DNA of 63,712 nucleotides, the filler included, from Octopus bimaculoides (lineage: Eukaryota): the NCBI RefSeq assembly GCF_001194135.2. It is 6 parts of 6 records of this genome, joined end to end, with 100 filler letters (N's around TTAATTAATTAA, not from the genome) between each part and the next. Parts side by side here need not be neighbours in the genome. Positions count along the whole stretch, not along the records: positions 1 to 7,092 come from NC_069009.1; positions 7,193 to 23,375 come from NC_068990.1; 4 more parts are not named here. The stretch is one strand, 5' to 3'. Under the pieces are notes generated by a model that was not told the DNA's origin, ran no database searches, and worked only from the letters and a program-made list of their open reading frames with translations. The position numbers and the translations under genes were made by a program. This document shows positions 1-12,390 of this stretch, piece by piece; the first letter of the stretch is position 1; each line of letters opens with the position of its first letter.

Positions 1-12
1 TTAATAATAATA

Positions 13-296
13 ACTCGAATGTGGAATCTAAAAACAGAAACAATTCCTATCATAGTAGGTGCCTTAGGTATACTAAAAGAATATTCAGACAAATACATAA
101 AAAAAACACCAGGACTTACAAATATATATAACATACAGAAAATTGCACTACTGGGTACTGCAGACATTCTACGCAAAACACTTTCAATACAGTAACCATA
201 AGAGCACCACAGCAATCCACAGCACATACCCAAGGCGTACAGAGCTGCGCTCGGTAGTGAAGTGAAAGCACGTTATAAAAATTAAACTACTGAACA
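13..296 (+). mobile_element. 5'-truncated R4/Dong-like non-LTR retrotransposon: C-terminus of the restriction-like endonuclease ORF plus 3' UTR, between (TAA)n tracts
   Basis: 13-195 translates TRMWNLKTETIPIIVGALGILKEYSDKYIKKTPGLTNIYNIQKIALLGTADILRKTLSIQ*, matching the R4-clade C-terminal pattern (P.IVGALG ... QK.ALLGTA.ILRK). About 100 bp of UTR follows, then (AAT)n. Confidence 0.8.
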
Positions 297-329
297 ATAA
301 TAATAATAATAATAATATTGTGCAACGCT

Positions 330-950
330 CAAGAGAAAAGCTTTTAAAACAAACCACTCAAATATCACATTGCACTGACTCTCCACAGTGTATGGCGTAC
401 TCTGAGAAGGGAGAATGTATAAGCCACATTGTGAGTGAGTGCTGTAAGCGTGGAGAACACACATATAAAATGAGTCACAACAATGCGGCTAGATATGTCC
501 GCTGGTTGTTGTGCGGTTAAACAAACGTGGAGAGAATCGAATAATGGTATGAACACAAGCCAGAGGGAATAATGGAAAGGAGCATTTCAAAATAGTCTGG
601 GCTTTTAACATGCAATGCAACGAAAACATAGATGCGAGACGACCAGATATCTTACTTATCCATAAAGATGAAATAGAACTTAAGATAATAGATATTGCAA
701 TAGCAGACGATTCGAGTGTGAAATGTAAGGAAACAGAAAATATTGAGAAATCCAGTTACTACGGTTATGGTGCATGAGCAAACTTATGGTGATACCAGTG
801 GTAATCGTGGCCTTAGGAACAGTTTCCAAGTGCTTTGAAAACATATTAAGAATATTGGATCTGTTGTCAAGTTCGAGACGATCTAGAAAACAGCATTGTT
901 GTGTACAGCTGGCTTTCTTATGAGAGTACTGTCTCTTTGAGTCACAGAAG
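330..950 (+). mobile_element. Degenerate R4/Dong-like LINE fragment: zinc knuckle plus restriction-like endonuclease
   Basis: EKGECISHIVSECCKR..YKMSHNNAARYVRWLLC, then WYEHKPEGI, ARRPDILLI, IIDIAI and VVIVALGTVS in broken frames, with several stops and frameshifts. Confidence 0.75.
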
Positions 951-1292
951 AAGGCACTAATTGAAATATTTGGTAATTTGTTGTTGGCTACTTTCAAGTA
1001 AAAATAAACGGTAATTAAGAAATATCGAGTGTTTCATAATAGACGTTGAGGATGATAATAATAATAATAATAATTATGATATTTCATTTTATTGCCGTCA
1101 TGGGTTACAAAACTCGAAGAAGTAGAAGATAAAAGTAAGTTGCGGGTTTTTATATAAACGTGTAAACAATAATAAAAGATCAATTAACAACAAAACCGGT
1201 CAATAAATAGGAAACATACTAAGATTGTCCAAGAAACTCCATACATAACGCAACTCATTAACTACCATTATATTTCCAACGAACTAAACAGA

Positions 1293-2450
1293 CTATAGGC
1301 GATAGGTCAGCCTTCCTCGCCACATGCACCCACTTCCCAAACAATTGATTCGAAAGTTGGGCAGCACATCTATCTCAACCGTCACGTTTCTTTTCAAATG
1401 ATATTTTATAAGTTTATAAGGGCTGAACGTCTTCCGCACAGCGCTAGCCATTTCGCCATCGCTTTTTATCGTTCTTCTCNNNNNNNNNNNNNNNNNNNNN
1501 NNNNNNNNNNNNNNNNNNNNNNNNNNNNNNNNNNNNNNNNNNNNNNNNNNNNNNNNNNNNNNNNNNNNNNNNNNNNNNNNNNNNNNNNNNNNNNNNNNNN
1601 NNNNNNNNNNNNNNNNNNNNNNNNNNNNNNNNNNNNNNNNNNNNNNNNNNNNNNNNNNNNNNNNNNNNNNNNNNNNNNNNNNNNNNNNNNNNNNNNNNNN
1701 NNNNNNNNNNNNNNNNNNNNNNNNNNNNNNNNNNNNNNNNNNNNNNNNNNNNNNNNNNNNNNNNNNNNNNNNNNNNNNNNNNNNNNNNNNNNNNNNNNNN
1801 NNNNNATGATGAACCATGTGAGTAGGAATTTGTAATGGATAGATCTGTTTGATAAGGCATATATCTGAGCATCATCTATCAGAGCATCGACGACACGCGC
1901 CAACCTTTCTGATTACAGGTGATCCCAAATCGTCAGATCTGCAGTTAGGAGGGTTGCGGCCTGAACATTTTAAAACATTACCCCCGTTCTAGTTCATTCA
2001 AAGCAGCGCCACCACACCCCTTTTAGCAGGGACCAGATTACTCCCATTTTGCTATCCGTTATTGTAGAGACCCTCGAATGTATCTGGCAGAAAAAAAAAT
2101 ATATCATTTGAGGCAGATCATCCTGCCCCTGTGGCATCTACATCGTTCATCTAGTCATCGATTCTCGAAATTTGTCAGAGGCTACCTGCCACTTGTAGAA
2201 CTTTACTTTTTCATTCAATGCAGTAAAGTGCATACCCATCCGCGATTCACTCACCTCAAGGATTATTTGGGCAAACCCCTCCAGAAAAACTACAAATATC
2301 TACTTCGAATAAGGTAGCCATCGCCCCTACAGATTCATCAAAAGAGAAATTGTAGCTATTTATCGTCTTGTAGCTCACTCTCCCCAGCTCTTCCTTCATT
2401 CCATCATATCTCAGACTACGATACCTGGCATATCTTTTCAACATTCCACA
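1293..2450 (-). mobile_element. Probable decayed L1/Tx1-like LINE ORF2 C-terminal region, interrupted by an N gap
   Basis: Minus strand gives YKLIKYHLKRNVTVEIDVLP, resembling my recollection of Tx1-type ORF2 ends (KYHLKRKVRVE). The upstream part is only weakly recognisable. Confidence 0.4.
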
Positions 2451-3042
2451 ACGGTAAATCTCACCGCCAGCTCATCAATCGCAGAAGATTTTCTAGATTA
2501 CCAGTTAGCCTTGATTCTACTCTAGAACGAGTTTTCATTATTTCATTACAAAATCTAATCCATTCTTAACTCATAGCTCTTTTCAGGTTTAATCCTCATT
2601 GGTAATTCACAATTGATCAGGTCGAATCATGTAACTATTTATTTAAATTGCATTATGCAAATTTCGAGCGCTGGGAAAAAAGCACTCAGTTTCCGTTGAC
2701 CATATTTCTAACTATGAAACCTAACATCGTTGATCGTATAACAAACATTTCTAATCTTCGTAGCCGACAAATTTGGATGANNNNNNNNNNNNNNNNNNNN
2801 NNNNNNNNNNNNNNNNNNNNNNNNNNNNNNNNNNNNNNNNNNNNNNNNNNNNNNNNNNNNNNNNNNNNNNNNNNNNNNNNGGGGGGGGGACCATGTAGAT
2901 GCAACGCATATCTAAGCTGTACATCTTGTACACTACAGCTTTGACATCGTAAAATAGTCCATTGCGACGATCTGTGAACTTGATACAAAAATACGCAATT
3001 TTCTCGAAATTCACAACTTGCAGTACCATTATACAGATGTAG

Positions 3043-3460
3043 TTAGATTATACATCTCACAGCAGAATGGGGGAAATGCACTGATTCTTTTGAAGCTGTC
3101 TTTAATGACAACTGTATAAAAAAAGGCAAAGTCTGTCTATAAGCGTGAAAGTAGTAAGGCATGCTCACCATTCTGTAACAGCAACCTCCTAACACTTCCC
3201 TGTCACTGTCGTAACGAAGCGTTTCATTATTACCAAAATCTCCGCAGTGCACCACTTTCACGTCGCGGATAAAAAATAATTCTCTCCGGCTGCAGATGAT
3301 GTATTTTCTATACAAGGCCACATTGACCAGGTACAGAGCAACTCGCAGCCATTTTCGCAGAAACAAGTCAACTCCCCTGTAACGAAGTTATTGTGACGAA
3401 CGGCCAATGAGTTTGGGAAATATGGCATATTGGTAAATTCAGGACTTAGACATGACTTGA
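3043..3460 (-). mobile_element. Possible decayed APE-type endonuclease fragment of a LINE
   Basis: GVDLFLRK..LVNVALY..RRELFF..VVHCGDF is spaced like the APE motifs GVAIL / LVNVYAP / GDFN, but is heavily diverged. Confidence 0.3.
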
Positions 3461-4267
3461 TCAATGTAGATAGCCTTGCTTCTGATTCCTAGATGGCTTC
3501 CTGATGGATTATATGTCACACTGGTTACGTTAAAAAATCCTTTCCTAGGATTTTCACTCGCGTCTAGGTTATGGATGGTAAATGAACACGACAGAGAAGT
3601 AATCACTTCACCTAAGAATACCTATTTTGACTTGGCGGCCTTGAGACTCATGTGAGTCCAAGCCATCAACTGCCTAAGAGTTTTTGTGCTCTTCCAGTCC
3701 ATGATGGCATAGTAGGAGTCTCGGTAGAGTAACACCGTCCCATCGAGGAAGACCCTTCATTCTCTAAGGTAGTTGACGAAGCGCTTCATTGTGTGTGTTT
3801 GCTAGAATGCGACGTTACTCTCGCAACAAGGGAATCCAGCCATTTCCAGAGGGACAAGCTGACTCTCCTGCACTGTAGATATTTCGATCTTAGCTATTTT
3901 CATAGGAACCCGCCAACTCATATTCATGGTGGATGTCGGAATCTCTTATATGAAGAGTGACCAAATATCCCCCGAAAAATCCGATATTGGTAAAGCCAGT
4001 ACTGAAAATTGCCAGGAAGATGTGACGTGGCAATTTGTACTCCAAGGCTTGCGGTTACTTCTTGGCTACATTTATATCTTTGTATTGGATGAGCATTGAG
4101 GAGAAAGAAACCATATACACTACGTACTACTATTACTATTATACGANNNNNNNNNNNNNNNNNNNNNNNNNNNNNNNNNNNNNNNNNNNNNNNNNNNNNN
4201 NNNNNNNNNNNNNNNNNNNNNNNNNNNNNNNNNNNNNNNNNNNNNNATAATAATAATAATAATAATA

Positions 4268-4823
4268 AAGCCAGTATCCAGTACCAGGCAGTGGCTATCA
4301 TGGCTTCCTATCTTAATTGATTAGAAGTGTTATCATGTAGTTTGTTTTGTCTTGGTATAATAGATGGGCTACAGCAAATATTCTGCTTAATACCACAGAT
4401 TTGCTTGTCAGTTGTTTGACCTTAACCAGTTGAGCATGTCTCTTGGTGGCTGATCATATGTGCATCTCTGATCACGAGCAGAAATAGTGGGGGAACATCA
4501 TAGCCATGTGTTGCGAGAAGTTCTTTGGAGTTTGAATAATTCACCTTTAGAAACATGGGTGTTTTGCTCAACCCCCTTAAACAAACCTTATTCAGGGACC
4601 TTTTGAGCGGGATGGGCTACTCGACCTGAAAAAAAGTCTAACTGGGCCCGACCTGCGATGTCATGCGCTGTTTATCTTGATATGAGATCACCATGTTGTG
4701 CACATATGGTTGTGATGCATGTGTCTGGTGTACCCTTATCAGATGGGTAGTCATGATGGGTACACTGGGCTTTGTATATTTTACCCCAGTGTCACTTTGA
4801 TGGCATGCACTGCTCTCTCACTC

Positions 4824-4824
<1 letters not shown>
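4268..4824 (+). mobile_element. ~550-bp interspersed non-coding retro-element ending CACTC-(AAT)n (TAA-associated family), copy 1
   Basis: Clear homology to 24750-25035, 27380-27790 and 58919-59395. The 3' end abuts (AAT)n in every copy, and I see no ORF. Confidence 0.8.

Positions 4825-4880
<56 letters not shown>
4825..4880. repeat. (AAT)n microsatellite between two TAA-associated elements
   Basis: Direct reading. Confidence 0.95.
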
Positions 4881-4882
<2 letters not shown>

Positions 4883-7092
4883 TAAAATAAAATTTTAAAA
4901 TTAAATAATAATGTAAACTTAATTATAATTTAACTTTACTTAAAAATCAAAGAAAATTTCAAACAGTACACCAAATCGCTTATCCAATGGTTATAATGGA
5001 AGCGCGCCTGTCAGGAATCTGTCAGCCTGACGACGAAAAATTTTCAAATGACAGTATATCTTCTCCGAATAGGAACCTGGAATGTCACTTAAACGGGATT
5101 TGTCCCCAATTAAGTCCCCAAAGTTCACCACCACAACGACCACAAAATCAAAAATGTAAAAAAACTAAATGAAACCGGGAAGAACATAAAGAAGTAATCT
5201 ACACTTATTGCTTTGCATTAAGTAGGCCAACCCAAGAGAAACACACTGAAAACTCCTACAGAATTTGGAGGAGCCGGAGTCCAGGTAGCAGACCAAATCT
5301 AGATGAAAACAGATTAGCAAATGTTAGAAGAGATATCCTTAGAAATACCAGACTCACAGATTCATAATTAACCTCTATTAAAAAAAGTGGTAGGGAATGA
5401 CCTAAATAGAAGTCAGAAAAGAAATAACGAAGCAGAGGAGAGGAATGTTGGACCACAAGCATTGACTGAAAGACGACCATCTGCCGAAACCACTCAAGAG
5501 CCCGAAGAAAAAGAAGAATATGATGACCCTATGAAAAACAGCCAGGAAATTGATGTCGAAACAGAATTTGAAAACCACATATTTGCTGAACAACACAGAA
5601 AATCGATTATTGAAATGAAGAAGGAAGTTCTGAATAAGGTTGCAGTTGTAGGGCATACAAATATGAATGATAGGGAACCACTCCATAAACTCCCAAATGC
5701 ACACCAACATAAAACGCAAATAAAAATTGGCAACTGTGTTACACAAGAGATCATACAACAACTAAAACCCGATCTTAATAAGTTAAATGAAATTATTTAC
5801 TCTGTTGCTAAGGTAATCGAAAGACGCTGTTTAACACCCAAAAAGCCAACAATACCAAATTCGAAAAGAAAATCAAACCGGAAGAGTAGAATTGGAACTG
5901 AGATTGAATCGTTGCGAAGGGAGATATCAATATTAACTGAGCTAATATCTGGAAATGATATAAGATCAAGAAAAGGTAGGACGATCGTGAGAAAATATGG
6001 ACTCTCAACAGCAGAAGAACTAATGTCAATGAATGAAACACTTAAACAAAAAGTTCAAGCAAAAGCTCAGAGAATACGCAGATTTTAGAAAAGAATCAAA
6101 TTCTACAAGCAAAATAAGATGTTCAAATCCAATGCCAAATCATTTTACAGGGAGAGAGGGAAAGAAAAAATGACCATTGAAAATCCACCCCTAATGGAAG
6201 AAGTTGAACACTTTTGGAAAGGGATCTGGAGTTATGAGAAACCATACAATGAAAAAAAGACTGGATCAAACGCACCCAAGAGGCCTACAAAAATCTACAA
6301 GAACAGGTATGGGAAGACATCTCAATCGTCGACCTAAGGAGGGCACTAACGAAGGCTCATAAGTGGAAATTCCCTGGTACTGATAGAGTACCAAATTTCT
6401 GGCTCTCATCACTCTCGTCCGCACACAAAATCTTAGTAGTACTATTTAATAGTATTATGAAAGACACAGAAAAAAAACTCCCCATCGGATGGCAAATAGC
6501 ATTACTTACCTCCTCCCCCAAAATAAAGAAACCAAAGACCCAAACACTCTCGGCCTATAACATGTTTGTCGACTACCTATAATATTTTGACATTTATTCT
6601 AGTGGAGAAAACATATACGTTTATGGAAGAGAATAACCTCTTTCCCACTGAACAAAAAGGATGCAAACGAGGCGCATACGGAGGCAAAGATCAGCTCTTA
6701 ATTAATCGCATGATCCTTGAGAACTGCCATAACAAACGCAGAAATCACAGCTCTTAATGGATTCTTTATATCATTCTAATGGAGTATTGTGCTCAAACAA
6801 TATTAGCATAAACTGTGGCATTTTCCAAGGTGACTCACTTTCACTACTAATTTTCTGCATAGCACTAATACCACTCTCAAGTGAAGTGAATAGAACAGGG
6901 TATGACTATAAAATTGACAACGGGAAAATAAGCAATCTATTTCATATGGAGGATTTAAAGTTATATCGCAAAGAGGATGAAGAGCTTATAGGACTACTAC
7001 ATACTGGATTCAGTGATGATATCGGGATGGAGTTTGGCCTTGAAAAGTGTGCCAAAGCCACTTTTAAGAAAGGGAAACTGGTAAAGTCATGT
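4881..7092 (+). mobile_element. R4/Dong-like LINE, 5' half (N-terminal domain plus disrupted reverse transcriptase), cut off by the segment end
   Basis: Starts directly after (TAA)n. The ORF from ATG 4987 has stops but reads K*NREEHKEV..YRIWR..RPNLDENRLANVRRDI, ETLKQKVQAKAQRIRRF, QNKMFKSNAKSFYR, WKFPGTDRVPNFW, RPITCLSTTY, EQKGCKRG..GKDQLLIN, GIFQGDSLS, LFHMEDLKLY (YMDD degenerate) and DIGMEFGLEKCA. The IDYKKAFDSV block is deleted near 6750. Confidence 0.9.
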
Positions 7093-7192
7093 NNNNNNNN
7101 NNNNNNNNNNNNNNNNNNNNNNNNNNNNNNNNNNNNTTAATTAATTAANNNNNNNNNNNNNNNNNNNNNNNNNNNNNNNNNNNNNNNNNNNN
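7093..7192. other. Artificial scaffold spacer 44N-TTAATTAATTAA-44N (1 of 5)
   Basis: Exactly 100 bp, linker at 7137-7148. The linker gives stops in all six frames. Confidence 0.95.
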
Positions 7193-7313
7193 GAGATTGG
7201 TACTTGGATGTTAAGTATCTTAAAAAGAGACCCTGTGAGATCTTTGATAATAAATTGCTTCTGCTCTTACAAAATTAATGGAGCCAATGAAATCAAAAGC
7301 TCTGAAAAGCTCT

Positions 7314-7339
7314 GATAATAATGATGATGATGATGATGA

Positions 7340-7401
<62 letters not shown>
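7314..7401. repeat. Compound (GAT)(ACT)(AAT) trinucleotide microsatellite
   Basis: Direct reading. Confidence 0.95.
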
Positions 7402-7402
<1 letters not shown>

Positions 7403-7828
7403 GACAAGGAGCTTACTTGTAAAGAAAACTCTCAAAACAGAAGAGAAAAAGAAAAAAATGGCAACAACCTAGAAATATTTCATACTAATAATATTCATTG
7501 GTTCTGTGCTCTTGGAAACCAGCACAGAACCAAGCTGGTTACTACTAGAATGAATTTGTTCATATTTCTTACCTAGGGCTAAACACATAGATACTAACAA
7601 CAGTAACCATCATGTTAATAACAGTTTTGGCCTTACAGTTAAAATGTTTGTTTTGTAATCACATGGGTGTAGGTTTGGGCCTAATTCATAGCAGTTCAAC
7701 AAATGTCTTGCAAGTGAAATGAAGTGGACAGAACTTTGCAGTAGCCTGTCAGATGCACATGTTGTACACGTTCTTGGCTTGTATGCATTTAAAGTCATTA
7801 ACTGGCTCTCGGATACCATTAACGGAGT

Positions 7829-7954
7829 CTACTGGTCTGCATGCAAGCAGTCTGCAAGCTGAAGATAAGACGAAGCTGTGGTTTCTACTTCCTTCTCACC
7901 CCCCTCTTTCAATGGTTCCACAAAAAAATGGTTATACTGATTCCCCATCTTTTG
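7829..7954 (-). CDS. Candidate terminal coding exon of an unidentified host gene
   Basis: Acceptor ttatttttctgtggtttaatcag| followed by QKMGNQYNHFFVEPLKEGGEKEVETTASSYLQLADCLHADQ*. Non-repetitive, but no family recognised. Confidence 0.25.
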   Translation of the reverse strand, partial: QKMGNQYNHFFVEPLKEGGEKEVETTASSYLQLADCLHADQ

Positions 7955-9402
7955 CTGATTAAACCACAGAAAAATAAGTGTAGAGATAAAAAGGAAAATA
8001 AAAATAAGAGAGCAGCAACAATTATAAAAACATGATTTGTATCTTTCAATAATGGAAGTGTTGAGTGATAAAAGACAGTATTTCCCCTCTGCCAAGCACC
8101 ATGATGCTAATAAAAGAAACGTTCGTGTAGGAAAGAAATAAAAAGATTAGCTTTTAAGTAAACCAGTAAAGGTAGAAGAATTCTGAATGCTATCTGTTAT
8201 GATTAGATAATAAGAAAGAAAGAATGAAAGAAAAGTAAGAAAGAACGGCAGAAGGAAAAGAAAGAATGGTAAGTGATATAAGAATGAATCGCTAAATAGA
8301 ATATATAGTTATATAAAGTGGATGAACCAGGCTAAGATAATAAATTGTACGACTTAAGTCATATATTTCATTGGACATGTCGGATAAATAGCATTAAAAA
8401 TATAAACGAAGAGTGAATGGCATGCTCAACCAAAAAGAAAAAATAGAGTAAAAACAAAAAAACAACCAACATAACAATCAAGCAAACAAAATAAGAAAAA
8501 TACATGTATAGCATTACCAGAATTAAATGACATCCTGATTATATGGAAAACATATGCTTTTTGAATTATTCAGAGGAAGAAAAAGAAAAAAAAAAGAAAA
8601 ACTACTGAAAATTGTTAGTGATAAAAATGAGCTTGCAATATCTGGTGGTGGTGGTGGTGGTGGTGGTGGCTAAAAAGAGTTGAACTTTATTCATAGTAAA
8701 ATAATAAATGGCAATTAGTAATTTTAAGAATATTAGTTTTGGTTGTGGCAGGCTAATCCCAAGATGGCCAGCCCTGATCATGCACAGCTTTGATCAGATG
8801 TATTTAAATTATGATATTATTTTCAGAAATAGTATACCATCAGCTACATTATCCAATGTATCAACTTTCTTTTGAGACAGTCGGGTGTGATATGAAGAGG
8901 ATTTGGCTGATATTTCTCACAGATCAAATTACTATGTTGAGTGTAACTTATGTATTTGAATATTGATTTCTAATATTGGCAATATGTCCAGGAACTTTTC
9001 AGCAGTGGCGGGACAATCAGTTAAACAGATTTTTTACCATTACTGATTCTTATCTTAACAACTTTGAAAGAATGCAAGGTAAAGCCTGCATTGGTGGAAT
9101 TTGAACTTAAGATGTAATGAGGGATTCTTAACCCTTTAGTATGCTGAGTATTCTATCAAATGTAATGTTTATTCACATTTCTTTGAATTAACCATGCATT
9201 ATCTTCTAACTCAATGATGTGATTGTTTGTTTTTAGACTGACTTTGTAGGGTAGGTGTAAGATGCAAGATCTGGCCATTTTAAACGTAAAATTGGTAGAA
9301 TATTTGGGCCTGATATGGCTGCTTTGAATATTAAAGGATTAATTAATTCCTGATTTTTTTGTTGTGCTTTTGAGAAAACACTTCATCTCTATTCTGACTA
9401 TT

Positions 9403-10150
9403 TCACACTTGTTTTACTTTGAAAAAATCTTTCTGTTCGATTACCTCTGTGATGTGCCTTAATTTGACTATCCTTTCACATTCTTCTGACACTTGCTGTA
9501 GGATTACATCCTGGTTTTGTTCTAGCTTTGCGAGAATTCTAGTTCTAACTTCTGCATCTTTTTTGGCAGTAAGTCCCTGTGTAAAACTCAGGCATTTGAA
9601 CACATCTGGCTTTAATTCACCCAGCTCAAACTTCTTGCATTCCTTGTCTACTCTACCAGCATATGTGATGTAATCCTCATCGTTGTTTTTCTCTATGTTC
9701 AGACACTTCCAACGTGTGTTGAACAATGAGCTTTTTTCACTCAAAATTTTACAGGATATATCAATTGTGTCATTAAAGTTTATGTCCAAAGATTTTCTTA
9801 GGAGTACATAATTGTTGTAATGCTCATGTTCTGCTACCACCAGTTTTCTTAAGATTAAGCATGTTTTCATCTTGTTGCCCCAATCTTTACATTATTTATC
9901 GCAGAATTGCTCATATCTTCTGTAGTATGTCTCAATGGTAACTCCTTCGTCTGGTCTGTATTTGGAATGTTATTGAGTTTGCAACATAGTCTGGCAAGAA
10001 CATTTTTCTGAATTTCCTGATGACTTCAATAATTGCAGTATTTGTTGTTGTAAAATTAATTGTTGTTGTTGCTTCTGTTGTTGTTCTTGCTGTTGAATCT
10101 ACTGTTGTTGATTTTGCAACTTGATCAAGCCAGCCAACAAATTTTCCATA
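9403..10150 (-). mobile_element. Ty3/Gypsy LTR-retrotransposon gag remnant
   Basis: A poly-Q leader is followed by YRPDEGVTIETYYRRYE, LRKLVVAEHEHYNNYVL, SLFNTRWKCL, EDYITYAGRV..ECKKFEL and DAEVRTRILAKLEQ, typical of invertebrate Gypsy gag. There are in-frame stops and no pol downstream. Confidence 0.8.
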
Positions 10151-10202
10151 TTTTTAATGATTTTTTTCATAAAATTTACACAACAAAAACTTTGTGACTT
10201 AG

Positions 10203-10238
10203 TTAGGGTTAGGGTTAGGGTTAGGGTTAGGGTTAGGG
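10203..10238 (+). repeat. Interstitial telomeric repeat (TTAGGG)6
   Basis: Six perfect units. Confidence 0.95.
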
Positions 10239-10320
10239 TCATGAGTTGTTAATTCCTCGTCACGTTTATTACTTCCTCAGGTGTTGTTTAAATCTTCTTT
10301 CCCACTGCTATAGTCCTATA

Positions 10321-10965
10321 ATGGATCTTCTATCGAAATGTTAAACGTTGTAAACAGTGGCTTGGTAAAAGGGAAAAAGCTCAATCTCAACCAAGAAGGG
10401 AATTTCATGGAAAAAAAAGGTTCTTCTCTCTATCTGGTGGGATTGCAATGGAGTAATTCACATTGAATTGTTACCACCTAATGCAACAATCAATGCTCAA
10501 GTCTACTGTCAGCAATTAGAATGTTTGAACCAAGCTTTGACGAAAAAAAGACCCGCTTTAGTGAATCGAAAAGGAGTGATGTTTCATCAGGACAATGCGT
10601 GACCCCACACTGCAAAGATCACATCACAGAAGATCGATGAGCTTGGTTGGGAAAAAAATTCCTCATCCACCTTATTCTTCTAACCTTGCTTCTTCAGACT
10701 ACCATTTGTTTCGTAGTTTACAGAATCATTTGGGGGACATAACTTTCGCAAGTCAGGAGGAGGTCGAAACTGACATTTCAGAGTTGTTCGCTTTGAAACC
10801 GAAAGAGTTTTACATTGATGGGATTAAAAAGCTTGTAAATAGATGGAAGGAAATCATAGATAATCAGGGAACGTACATTGATGATTAAATTTCAATTAAA
10901 TATAACATTCGATCAGTTGTTTTCTTTATTCAAAATTCGGACAGAACTTATGGGATGACCTGGTA
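10321..10965 (+). mobile_element. Mariner (DD34D) transposon, 5'-truncated pseudogene with 3' TIR
   Basis: WIFYRNVKR..KKVLLSIWWD..FHQDNA*PH..HPPYSSNLASSDYHLFRSLQN..GIKKLVNRW..YIDD*. A TIR-like end at about 10935-10965 is followed by TA. Confidence 0.92.
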
Positions 10966-11889
10966 TATTTACTAGCAGTGTAGTGATGGATAAAGACCTA
11001 GTTCATGATAATCTTGTCTTTCTAAGTTTTGTCTTCTGAGTGTTTTCGATGTTTTGTCAAATGTGTGGCTCAAATAAGCCATGAAATAGGGAAGAATGCA
11101 TGACAGGAAATTAGGATGAGTTAGAATAAGAGAGATAATGGTAATTCTGATGGGCAGTAGCCTATATTTAAGTTGCTATAAGCATGTAGTTGCGAAGGGA
11201 GGATTTGGAAATGAAGTCATTATTAAGGAAATGGGGGAAGTGCCAGAGAGGTCTTTGAAGGAAGGGTTTTAAGGATTTATAGGATTCAAGGCTGACAAAT
11301 GGAGTCAGCTAAAACCAAAACTTATATCTTCTTATTGTAAGATGAGGACAAATTTCGATGTTGCTTAGAACACCATTTTATACTGTATGCATGTATTTAT
11401 GTATATGTGGATGTTCGCATGTACACATTTGTGTATGTATGTCTATGTGTTTGTAACCTGACGGGCATACACACATATGCATATATAGAAATATGTGTTT
11501 GTGTGTGTGTGTGCGCGCGCGTGCATGTGTGCATGCATATATATGTATATAACACACACACTCTCGCACACGCATACACATATATGCATCTTTATTTATG
11601 CATGTGTATATAAGCATATGAATATGATGTACACAAGTGATATATTTTTCAAATCCTTATTTACAGACCTAAAATATTGAGTTATGAAGTTTTGAAATTC
11701 CACATCTAAATAGCAACTTCTTTCTCAACCAGCCTATAATACACATACAACTAGCATAGAAGATGCTTGAAGGATTCGAATTTAAACTGTTTGTGTGTAA
11801 GGAAACTAACTGTATTTTGCCTTCATATTTAAATTGTCGGTATGCAAATTTAACATGTTAGGCTTCTCTGTCCCCCATAAATTTCAGTT

Positions 11890-12390
11890 ACGCAATAATT
11901 CGAGTGGCACGAGCTTTTCAAAAGAGGAAGTGTGTCTCTGAAAGATGATGAGTGATTTGGAAGACCTATCATGAACGTCACCTTCGAAAATGTGGAGAAA
12001 ATTCATCAGCTTGTGCAATGAGGATCGTTGAAGAACAATCAACGACATTGCTAATGTTGTTGATCTGTCATATGGGTCCATGCAGTCAATCCTAACATCT
12101 GAATTGAACATATAGTGTGTCTGTCAAGTTTGTCCCCTGCCTACTGACCACTGAGCAGAAAAGCATCGCATTCAAGTCTGTCAAGTTCTCCATCAGCATG
12201 CCGCTGCCGCCCCATCCTTCATGTCAAGGGTCATCACCAGTGATGAGATCTGGGTCTACGGGTATGGTCCTGAAAAGCAGCAGTCGTCACAAGGGAAGAA
12301 GCCTTCATTTCCACTTTGGAAGAAGGCACGACAGAGCATGTGCATCCTTTTTTTCAATATCCTTGGTATTGTGCATTGAGAATTTGTCCC
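11890..12390 (+). mobile_element. Mariner transposase fragment (HTH region to first catalytic D), ending at an N gap
   Basis: FEWHELFKRG..LKDDE*FGRP..ENVEKI..KFVPCLLT.EQK..RVITSDEIWVYGY..GIVH*EFVP. Same family as 44593-45436. Confidence 0.85.

Noticed and set aside
6566-7092. Intact, active reverse transcriptase
   Set aside because: The catalytic YMDD is HMED, a conserved RT block is deleted, and upstream stops and frameshifts are present.
11060-11300. Purine-rich stretch (and 60040-60230) as CR1/L2 3' remnants
   Set aside because: Too degenerate to support by eye, so not listed as features.
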